A DNA stretch of 60,000 nucleotides from Lytechinus pictus (lineage: Eukaryota), in NCBI RefSeq assembly GCF_037042905.1, contig NC_087251.1, forward strand, positions 44,828,001 to 44,888,000. The letters run 5' to 3'. Of the stretch, positions 38,401 through 50,500 are shown one piece after another; the stretch's first letter is position 1, and the number at the start of each line of letters is the position of its first letter. The notes under the pieces were generated by a model. The model saw only the letters and a list, made by a program, of their open reading frames with translations, was not told where the DNA came from and searched no databases. A program made the position numbers and the translations under genes.

Positions 38401-41400
38401 ATTGCACATTTGTTTAAAACAACATACGTTATTCAATTTTCATTACCATGATTACAGGATGTGAATGCTTTGATTGAGCTCTTATTAAACACCCTTGGTC
38501 TCCCAAGCAACGCCACCCCGGCTGATATAGTTTGTAGGCTACAGCTGAAGATAACTGATAGTGATCCAAAGTTCAACGATATCAAGGTACAATGTAAATG
38601 ATAAATAGTCGATTTTTTTTTCTATTCACTTTTAGGTTTTTTTTAAAGTAAGATATTCATTTTTATACTCCATAAAACCAATTCGAATCAGTTGAGAAAA
38701 TGCTGAAAAACATATTTTGAAAAGTATTTCTTCTGGCGTACAATTTCTATCTTACGGGGAGGGGGTGATCAGGGCCCCGTCTTACAAAGAGTTGTGATTG
38801 ATCAATCAATCACACAACTATGGACGGCCAGCAACGTCAACATCTTAAATGCATGTTTATTCATGTTATTTTCTAGATATGATATATATTCATAAATTTA
38901 TCACAGTTTTCTTGACAATTATGTCACTCTCTTGTTCACAAAGTATATTATGCAAATTTTCTGAAGAAAAAAATTATGACATTGATGGATTTCCATATAG
39001 ATGAGATTGATTGGATCAATCGTAACTGTTTGTAAGACGGAGCCCTGTTGTATCACCCCCCCCCCCCCCCACCATCTACTTAAAAAATAGATTGATTCAG
39101 TAACGCAAAATATTGCGTATAAGAAGATGCATTCAGATGATGAAAGCCCTCAACTATTATGGGTCTTGCCCTTTACATACAATATTGGACACTTTCTCTT
39201 TTTCCAGTGTGAATGGGCCATTGTCATCGTTGAAATTCTGCAAATATAACCGCCTTTCTTGATGAATATTCACAAATTCCTTCTTTTTTTTCTAACAGAA
39301 TCTCGCGACAGACTTGGGTATTGGAAGCGCTGGAAATATAGATGATGATGACTCAATAACCTGCCAACTCAGACGAAAGTTTGTTGAAATAAAAACCAAT
39401 TACCTCTTACAAAAGAAGGATTTAAAAAACATGCGGAGAAAAGTCCTACGACAAAACACGACGATTAAGGTACGTGATCATACAACCCAATGGTCTACTC
39501 GCTTCACCATAAACGATAATCCGAGGGGCAAAGCCACTCAGAAAATCGTCAGATCAACCTCACCTTTCTCAAACTCAAAACCAAGTATATTTGTATACTC
39601 TTTCCGACTCTATCTACCAAGGGACAGACGTAGCACAGCCCACCCCCCCCCCCCCCCCTTCTCCATGTTCAAAGTTGGCTCCCCCATTTTGAAAGTGAGA
39701 TTTTTGACTGAGTACTATTTTTTAATTTTAATGATTTTTGGTTGGATAATATACATTTTGGAAAGGTTAACATTTTTTTTATTTGCAAATTGATCTAATA
39801 CATGTGCCCCTCCCCTTATGTTATGAAATCCCGGATCCACCCCTGCTGCATATCTGTCTATTTACTATCTACATGTATATTCTGTACGTTTTATCTTTCT
39901 CATAAATAGTCATTGCGTATGAAAGTGGAGGAGGCAGATAAATCTATTCCAAAAATGGAGGAGGAACTAATGCTATCGAAAGAAAGAGAGACTTCGTTAA
40001 TTTCAGATCTAAAGGTACTTTTTCGTATTATTTAACCTTCTGTACCTGTTCGTAAATGTCAATGCCTGTAGATCTGATTTTGAAAAGTGTAAGTTTCTGA
40101 TTAACAAAATTGAGAATTACATGAAAACGGTAAGTTCAGTGTTACATTCATTATATAATTTCATCAGAATTGGAGATAAAATAATATATTTTTTCTCGTG
40201 TTATCCAGATCTAAAATTAACTGAATTAATGAATATCAGAGTAAAACTCCGTTCAAGTGAATAATTTGAGATTTTTCTTAATTATCACAGATAGTGGAAA
40301 AACAAGTTTTAGAAAAGAGTAAAAACATCCACAAAATAGAGACACAGTATCTCGGGGCGATCAAATCAGCTGGCGACTTGAAATCGCAACTAGAAGTAAG
40401 CCGAGTTATTGTTTTATTGGTATATCAGTGTATCGAGATCATTGCTTAATTGATGACGAAAAATATTGGAAAAGAAAAGTAGAATAAAATGATAAAAGAA
40501 ATTAGGAGGTGCCGTAGCTGAGTGATATGACATCCAGAACTCCTCTGAAATATTATCTTATGCCCTTTTTGCAGATGATTCAAATGTACTATACTCTCAT
40601 CCTAACCCCGATATTTTAATAAATGTACTGAACACTGAACTGGATAAATTGGTACAATGGATTAGGGCTAACAAATTGTCAATTAATGTACAAAAAACGA
40701 AATGCATGCTTTTTAGCAATTCTTTAGAACAATTGCCATCTAATATCAAATTGGACAATAAAGACATTGAAGTTGTTACTACAACAAAATTTTTAGGTCT
40801 CATAATAGACAACAAATTATCTTGGAAAACACACATTGACTTTATATGTCGTACAATTTCACGCAATATTGGTGTTATTAACAAAGTCAAATTTTTTCTT
40901 CCAACTTTCTCCCTAAAAATGCTTTACTCAACATTAATTTACCATATTTAAATTATGGAGCAATTGTTTGGGGAAATACACACTCAACCTACCTTGATAG
41001 AATATTACTTTTACAAAAGAAGGCATTGCGTGTTATTTTCAACTTGTCCTGGAGATCTCACACAGATGAGTTGTTTTTTAACAACAACATTCTAAAAATA
41101 AAAACACTGTACCAATATAACTTAGGTCAATTCATGTATCAGTTAAACAATAATATGTTACCATTCATATTTAATTCTTCATTTAACAAAAACAAAACTC
41201 TTCACAAATATCCCACACGTCAATCAGATGAATTCCATTTACCACTACCCCGGACCATCCTTGCAAAATCTATTTTTACTTTTGAAGGCCCTAGACTCTG
41301 GGGAACTATTAATAAAAACATCAAAGAATCACCAAGCCTTAATTCTTTCAAATATAAGTTCAAAACATTTCTCCAAGATAACCATTGAATTTAACTCTTC

Positions 41401-44400
41401 ATCACTCAAACTCTTGTATTTTTTTTTAAAATCAAACATGATTATCATGTCACGTACGCTTTTACATCTCTTTCGTTTTCCTGTCGATCAACGAGGTCCG
41501 TCTGTGAGTGCTGGGGCTGGATTCTGGAGACCTTTAATCTCTCTTTTTCTTATTTCCTTTTCTATTTTAATTTCCCCTATTTCCTTTTAATTTAACTGGT
41601 TCATGCTCTAGTTGTTATTTTGATTTTTATATGTTATGCAACTACAAGAATATTTATTAGGAGGCTGCACTCTACAAGCTCCGCTTTTTAGCAGCCTCCT
41701 CCATTTCCAACCTGATATGTAATAATCTTGAATATAATTTTTGTACAGGAATACTTGAAATATGTTTTGTTATTTATATGTTAAAATGTACAAAATAAAC
41801 TGTAATTGTTGAAAATGGAAATAAACGAAATGAACGAAATGAAATATCAGGCGCCTGACTATGCCATGTATAGTCAAAACGAAAGTTTGGGGTTCGAACC
41901 TCGGCGACTGCATGCACCTATAGATGCCTTTAACCAAGGCATTGTATCTACACGCATTGATCTTTTACCATATTAAATTGAATAATTGAAAAACGACATA
42001 TAGGCAGGCATCATCGTATTCACGCTTTTAGAGATATGATTGCAATTGAACAGACCGACATCAGACCTAATGTCTAATGAACACAGTTTTATGATTATAT
42101 TATGCTTTTATTACAAATGATTTTGTGTACCCCGTAAAAATGATATTCAATGACAATGAAAGAATATATATATTTATTTGAATGAATGAATGAATGAAAA
42201 AATGAGTCGACTTGAGGTCAATTTGACTTGTGACGGTCTGATGACAGGAGAGAGTAATCCGACAATGATGTAATAGCTAATAATGCAAACATAAAAGTGC
42301 GTAGATGTACGAGTATAATTCAGCATCAGCATACTAGTTTAACATAAAGGGGGCGGGGGCGGTAAACACATATTGCAATTATATACATCACTTCAAGAAG
42401 TTAGTTCTTTACGTGTATGTGAAGAAGATTTGAAGTTACAATATTACTTTTTTGTGTGACAGGCTAGTCAGGACCAAAACGTGAATTCTACAAGTAGAAT
42501 TGCTGAAATGCAAGATGAAATCGCTCGTTTAAAATTGGAGAAAAAGCAGTTTGAATCACAATTAAAGGTATGTTTTAAAAAGCAACTATCATTTATATCA
42601 TCATCTTTGGTCATGATGTTAACAAAAGATAACCTTGATAACATAAGTTAAAACGGATTGAACTGAAGTAAACCAAAAACGAGAAAAAGATGTACTCAAA
42701 GGATGCATTGTCATTACCAAATTTTATTCCCCATCTCCATCAGATGAAATCAATCAAAATAATACCACCGACTGTCACTGATGGGATCTAGCGATCAAGA
42801 TAATGAGAAGGATTTCATATTTTAATACTGAAGGGTTTTTTTAGAGCATTTTTTCACATTTCCTTTACATAATGGTTAAGATAGGCTTTATTAAATGAGG
42901 CGGGGAATGAAATCAATCTCCCACCCCCACTTAAATTGGTAGAAAAAAAATCAAACCCAATGTGGAATATGTCATTTTTTCTTATCATTTTTACTTAATT
43001 TGCTCGCAGGAAATGGAATTAAAATTGTCAAAAGCAGAGAGTGATGCCGATGATGCAATAAAGGAAGAGAAGAATCAAACCGATGAAATAAAGAATGAGA
43101 TGACATTAAAAATAGAGGTAGGTCTATATAAAGTGGGGGTGCATTTGAAATTTACACTCTTTTCAAAACTTCTATCAGACTATATACAGCTCGTATATTT
43201 TCCATAGACGACGCATTGCACATTTGCATTATAACGCACCATTCAATATTATTAGTGTGCACCATCTTAACCCCATGAAATATGGCGGGTAACTGGAAGA
43301 CTGGCAGACGTGCAAATAATTATATCATGGTTCAAATTGAGGAATCTGTGCAACCTTTCGTAATTCGACTTTTGCCTCAAGTTTCTTCGTACTTTTCCAA
43401 TTCTGACTAGATTTCTAACCATCGTGAACAATAAATTTCTTGTCCATGAATCAGTTTTCAATTTATTAAATAATTATGCTAAACCCGCAATAGGCTTACC
43501 GTTACTGAAAATATATACTGTACATGTAGAGAATAAAAGGCCGTTAGAATATTGTAATATTGTTTAATCTAAAGCATTGGAGTCGGAAATCAGATGGAAT
43601 GGAGAAACTTGTCAATCAACTTGAGAAAACTCTTTCAACTCTGGAGACAGAAAAAGACGAATACCAACAAAAATTACAGGTATCAAACTATAATGATTTC
43701 AATCATTTGATATCTCCCATCCTGAAAAGCTTGTATCCTCGGATTTTGTTCTTACATTATGATCCTCTCCTGCAATGACTGTATTTCACAGGGGCCGCAG
43801 AACCTAGGGCAAGGGGGTGGGCTTCAGCCGCCCCATTTTTTTTCAATAAATGAGCACTGAAACGTGAAAATGACCATCTGATTGTGATTTTTTTTACATG
43901 GTTATAGCCCGTCCTCTTTTCCCCATACTTTCAAATCCACGACCCCCGTTTCAACTGTTCAACCTACACATTAGAACCTATTTGCGTTTAAGCGTGAAAT
44001 ATGAAATAGTATAATGGTCCTGATGGTATTTTGTCATCTTCTTTAATGTGTAATAATTTGCTTTGTTAGTATTGTTGAGAAATGAAATAATCTTGAATTT
44101 CAAAACTTGAACAGTCTATTGGGAAAGTACTGGAATATGGAGCGTGTTTAAAACGTATGCCTTTATAATAATCCGCCAATTCGCACTCAGTGTCTTCTAT
44201 TTGATTCCAAACAGATAACGTCTGAAAAACTGACTGAAAAAGCTAGGCGTCTGCAGGATTTCGAAAAGATTTATTTTGAAATGGAACAGGAAAATACAGA
44301 TCTCCGCTCCATACAAAAGGTACGGCTATACTGGTAAAATAATTATTATACACGAATTGAAAATAAAATCTGATAGTTGTGGTACATACTATGTAGTTTG

Positions 44401-44526
44401 ATCTTTTACGCTACTTTTCATAAACTTTTGATGTGAAATATTCATAAAGCATGTAGTTTCAAAATGTTATGAAATGAAACCTAATTAAAATGGCGACGAC
44501 AGCAGCTATGAAGAAGATGATAATGT

Positions 44527-44558
<32 letters not shown>

Positions 44559-47500
44559 GAAACGACGCGTCATGCAGTACCATTGTCGCGACGATGATAC
44601 CGATGCTACTGCTGATAATGATCTTGTTTATGTCGTTGATGGCGATGATGATCATTATTCATTATATTTATTACATGACCATGTCCACATCACTTGCTGG
44701 AGGCTATACTCTTATTGAGGAAACGTGATGGAGCGTTGTAGCCCAGTGGATTAGTCTCCGGACTTTGAAACAGAGGGTCGTGGGTTCGAATCCCAGCCAT
44801 GGCGTAATTTCCTTCGGCAATGAATTTATCCACATTGTGCCGCACTCGACCCAAGTAAGGTGAATGGGTACCCGGTAGCATGGGTGTCGATCAGTATTCT
44901 TGGTTGGAGGGATGATGACACAAAATTTCTTGTGGATGGGGATCTTTCAGCATTACCCCCACTAAAATCACAAGTTAGGACATTTGGGAGTGATTGATAC
45001 GCATGGTGTTCTTGGAAATTCCTTCATTGTTGTAGTGTACTGTACTTATATAATTTTTTTTAAATTCAATTTGTGTTACAAGTAAGCCTATTCTAAACTC
45101 ATACGAAATAAAAAATGACAAAAATTATCTGGAACATGTACATAGTGATCTGTTGATTGAGCATGATGTATACACAGGGGCATCGATCCATTTTTCAGAT
45201 TGGGGGGGGGCAAAATCATGAATCAACGTTCCAAAGACGCTCGATCATATAAAAAGAACAAACTCACCCACACACCCCTACACCCCCACACATAGGCCTA
45301 TATTATATATATATATATATATATATGAATCATGAGAAAGAGACACATATCTCAACCTCACCAACAATGCGAGCGCGAAGCGCGAGCTGAAAAATTTTAG
45401 TATGACATGAAAACAGGAAAAATGTACCTGTTTAGGTTTGCTTGTAGTAACTCATGAGGAGCATAGATACATGTATCTCACTAGAGAGCGAGCTAAAATT
45501 TCTTTATATTCTGACGTGAAAGCTTGATATTCTAAGCACTTTTGGTACCAATGATTAACATGGGTATCTAGAAGAACAATAGATGCGAGCGCAAAGCGTC
45601 AGCTGAAAATTTTAATATTTCGATCTGGACAAAAAGACAATTTAATGGACGCTTTTTAATAAAGAACAAGATATATATCCAACAAAAGATTATTGCAAAT
45701 CGAAGCGGGAGTTCTTTTGAGGTATAGAACTGAAAACGGGACATTCTATTCACCTATTTAATCATGAAAAGTATGGGGTTTTGGTACAGAAATGATGCGA
45801 GCGCGAAGCGCGAGCTGAAAATTTTTATATTCCGATCTGAAAAGCAGACATTTTGAGCACGATTTTAGATCAAAATCGAGTTGGTATCTTAATCTCGCTT
45901 GCTGGTTTCAGTGTAGCATTACAATCTTATTTTATTTTTAGTTGCACATGCGGAATTATTGGGAGGGGGGTATAACGATATGTTCCCCCCAAATATTTTC
46001 ATTGGTGGGGCTATTACTCTAATAGCTATATGGTCATTCCTTAGACGATTTATCTTGCCACCCTTTTACTCCCGTTTGTTTTTCCACCCTTTTGAATTAA
46101 TTGATTTATTAAAATTAATTCATTCACCACTGGTGGGATGGAACACCCTATCAACAAAAGTTGTTTTTCGTTGGGGTCCTTTTATGTCATGTGTTAAAAA
46201 ATATCATATACATAAACATTTCATTCTTTTTCATCTTGAACTTCCACCCATCTGTTTAATAGTCCTGAAAAAGAATGTTTTCATTCATATATAACATAAA
46301 TAACAATATACACAAATTGCGAGGGAAACAAACTGATTGATGGCATACTATAATCATCACTATAATCATCATGATCAAACTTTTCATTTTTTCATCATCA
46401 TTATTATAATTTTTCTACCCTAAATTATTGGGGGGGGGGGTGATAATACAGGCCATCCCCCCACTTGAAATATTGAAATATTGGGGGGGATATCCCCCCC
46501 CCCCATCCCCCCGTGATCGACACCCATGCCCGGTAGGAAGCATTCCTCGAATGCTCGAGCGCCTGATCAAGGTAGCCGTGCTAAAACCGGGTAATAATAA
46601 TAGCAGGACCCGCTGGGAGAACAGTTTTCGGAACTGAAGTGGCTATCCTGGGTAAATATGCCGTTATTATTATTATCAAACATTTACCTCTGTAACAATT
46701 GAATAATAAGAAAAGTAACGCATCATGATACCATGGCTATTCTCAATTACATTGTAAGATAATTATTATGCTTTCCGTTTCAGAAACTTGAAATAGATAA
46801 CCGGCTGACTGGAGATAAAATGGAAGAAATGAAGGGCAATATTGGAAAAACTTTAGAGAAAAATAAAGAGCTAATGATCCAGTTAGATTCAGCCCACGAG
46901 GAGTGTTTGGTACGTTTAAAATCGTTTGTTAAAAAAAGGGGGATTAGTCTTAAGGTCCCCGAGATTTCATGTTTTTCTTCATCTTTTGATATGGTAATTT
47001 CTCATCATCCGCAATAATATAATATGGATAGAAGAAATACACAATATCACCTCTAAATGCTTGAAAGGGGCACACTTGAAACATGCTTAAAAGGGATTAT
47101 AAGGCAAATTAAATTCGTTTGTGTCCGGTTTAATATATGGATTCCAAATCAATATAGCAATATTATCTCAGATGTGTGAGATGTTGAATGCCGCTTTACT
47201 TCTTACAATCAGCAGGTATCAGTAATTAATTCCTTCGTTAAAATTCATTACAAATTTTTTTATAATAATTGTGTTATCATTGAAATTAATTGACTCAAGT
47301 TTATACGTTGTAAGATGATGTTGTTCTCAACAGAACAGCGACTTACTTTCATGGCTTCTTAGCTGGCCTCTTTTTTCATTTCTATCATTTTAAGCATAAT
47401 TTTATGTTTAATTTTTCTTAATTTTAAAATGTTGAATTCTTTAGGAAATGACATGAGTTTATTGTATTTGTTTATATTGATACAACGCAATTGCTACTGA

Positions 47501-50500
47501 AAGACCGTTGCTATTATTTTTTTTGGTTCATAATTTATTTGCATTTACGTATTTTCCTATTTGTATGTTGAAAGATGGATAGAGAAATTAAATAAACTAA
47601 TGATTCAAAAATTCAATGAATGAATGAATGAATGAATGAATGAATGAATGAATGAATGAATGAATGAATGAATGAATGAATGAATCTTTATTTCGTTTCA
47701 ATTCCGATATCAAACAACAATAATAACAACAGTAAATTATTGGGATACAAGTAAATAGCAAAGAACAAAAGTAAATAATTACAGGATAATTACAGGATAA
47801 TATACATAATACATGCACTACTTTTTATGGAACATTAGTAACACCCATGAGAAGAGATGGAAATGAAACGTGGTGACCTACTAAGAAGCTTAGCTTGTGG
47901 GCCATAGGCCACCAGAATGTTAAAAACTTACATTAGCAATCATTTTAAAACATCATAGAACAAGCAAACAAAAAATTGGAGTAAATAACCAAAGTACAGA
48001 TATACATATTTACAAAAGATACACTAAAAAGTAACAAAAAGGTGAAATGCAGAATGCAAGCATTCTATTAGACCTAAAGTATAAGAATCTGAAATTCGAA
48101 AAGAAGAAAGAAAAGAGGAAAAAATAAAGAAAATAGGCAGAGCTCTATTTTTGCATAGATAATTGTGGAAAGAATACAATTTATAAAGTTAGACGAGATA
48201 TAACAAGCAGGCATTTGTTTACTGATCTAAGTATTTCTTCAGTAAATCGGTCTTTAACTTGTTTCTAAAAACACTAAGGCTAACTGATTGCTTCAATGAA
48301 GAAGGAAGGGAGTTCCATAATTTTGGCCCTGTATAAACAAATGTATTTAGCCGAAAACTAGTTTTGACCAATGGCAAGTGGAGAAAAGAAACTTGTCTTG
48401 TATAGTAAGAATGGATTTGGTCATTTCTAACACATAATGAATCAAGGGCAAGTGGAAGTTCTCTTTTATTTAATCGAAGGAAAATTAAGTTATATATCCT
48501 TTCTGGTATTATAGGAAATGGAAAGAGAGGTCAAAACGAAAAATGAAGAACAGACCTCACTCCAGAAACATTGTCTTGATATTACACACGAGAATGAAAG
48601 ACTGTCAAATAAACTGAAGGTATGTTTTATTCACGATCATATTTCGCTTTTAGTTTGCATTTGGTTTCATTGTTCATGTTACTTTTTTGTACTTTGATGT
48701 GCGGATGCCCTTGTATAGAGACTATATAGTAAAAAGCGTGGGGGAATATCTGTAAAGTGACACAAATCCTATAAATCATACAAATTGACCGATAAACCTG
48801 TATGAACTTTATTAGTTTGAAAATTGACAAGGCTATTTATTTTGACTTCCAAGCTAATAGGGTTGGTCTATACACGAATATTGATATTTATGTATAGATA
48901 AATTGTTAATATTGAACACTTAAACAGATATTAAACGGATACTAATTTCCAATTTATTATATGCCCTTCCACTACTTTTCTGGCTGTTGTGTGAACACCA
49001 AAGTTAATTCTGATTACACTATTTTGTTGATTAGCCTTTACTAGATGTTTTCTAGTTCCCACTGCATTTTCTTTTTATTTCTTCTATTATCCGAACTTCC
49101 GAAGATTTCGTCTGATAAGCTGATTGAAACATCAAAAAGTGTACAAGAGTTTGAAAGGAAGTGTTTTGAATTGGAGCAGAAAAATGTGAAACTCTGCTCT
49201 AAACAAAAGGTAAGAATTCAGGAAAATACTAAGCTTGATTTTGTTTTCAAGAAAAATATTGCTAATCATAGTTGGACACAAAGAGAAGAGTCTTTATTCT
49301 GTACGATATTAGGGAGATTTCCCATCACTGGGACGCAGCACGCTTTCAAGAACATAGAAAATGTATTATCAAATACCCTCGATGACAAAGATGAACCAAG
49401 AAGTCTTTGTCGAAAATTGGTGAATCAATAACAGGGGCCCGTTTCATAAAGAGTTACAACTGTTGTAACTTTGCCATTATAGCAACTACCATGGCAACAG
49501 GGCTCAGCAGCCAATCAAAATCAAGGTTGCTATGGTAGTTGCCATAATGGCAAAGTTACAACAGTTGCAACTCTTTATGAAACGGCTCCCAGAAGTTTCG
49601 TCTGGGACACTAGACAAAGGACGTGTTTGCAATTTTTCGTCAGCTCTTTATTAGGACCAAACCGCTGTTCCCTGCAGTTTACCAATTCGACAAAGACCCC
49701 AGCTGTTCACTGTGATTTGAATTTGTTCTGCGTCACGGTGCAAAAAAAAAATCCCTAATATTATATGAGGCCACCAGCAATCTCAAGCTTCACCACTTAT
49801 AATGGCGGTCTCCTGCATTCATTAAATAATTTTCTTTAAAGAAAGGTTTATACTTTACATCGTTTATTCCATATTTATTAAGATTACAAAGGCCTAATAA
49901 GGTACATGAATCATGATATATGCAAACATAATATATGCATGTATTATACAACTAATTCAATGCAGAAATATAAGTAAGCAAATAAAGAGAAAAACAATAT
50001 TTTGAAAATTAAGTTTCATAAACGTTTTCCATATCACCATGCAGTCTTGGTGTTCATATCGTCACGATGATTTTTCATCTGACAGAAGTTTGTATATATA
50101 CAGCACCCACGTGATAAAGGCTCCATTAAAACAAATAATAATAACAGTTTGATGAAAGCTTTGTACTTTTCTTTTTTCATTTCTTATTCGTGAACAGTTT
50201 GGGGTTCAATGGCTCCGAAGACCCCCCCCCCCTCCCCATCTGTGTGCGATACATTTGGATTACCTGTAGGCTAACTAATACATTTTAATTTTGAATGTGA
50301 ATATCTCGTTTTTCAACTGTTTGAAATGATCTATTATTGTCTAGACTTTCCATCAGATGATGATAGCAGCTGGTATGTCCACTGGATTGATCACGTCAGA
50401 CGAACAAGAGATAGATATTGGAATGATAATTCAATCGTACCAAGAGTTAAAGGAACGGTGTTCGAAACTTGAATCACAGGTCGAGGATGGGATGATTTCG

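Noticed and set aside
38130..38417. Ile/His-rich hydrophobic ORF
   Set aside because: Translation of an (ATC)n microsatellite.
44730..44805. tRNA gene (Gln-like TTG loop), also similar heads near 18940-19012 and 25790-25858
   Set aside because: The acceptor stems are imperfect and each head continues into a shared SINE body or tail, so these are SINE heads.
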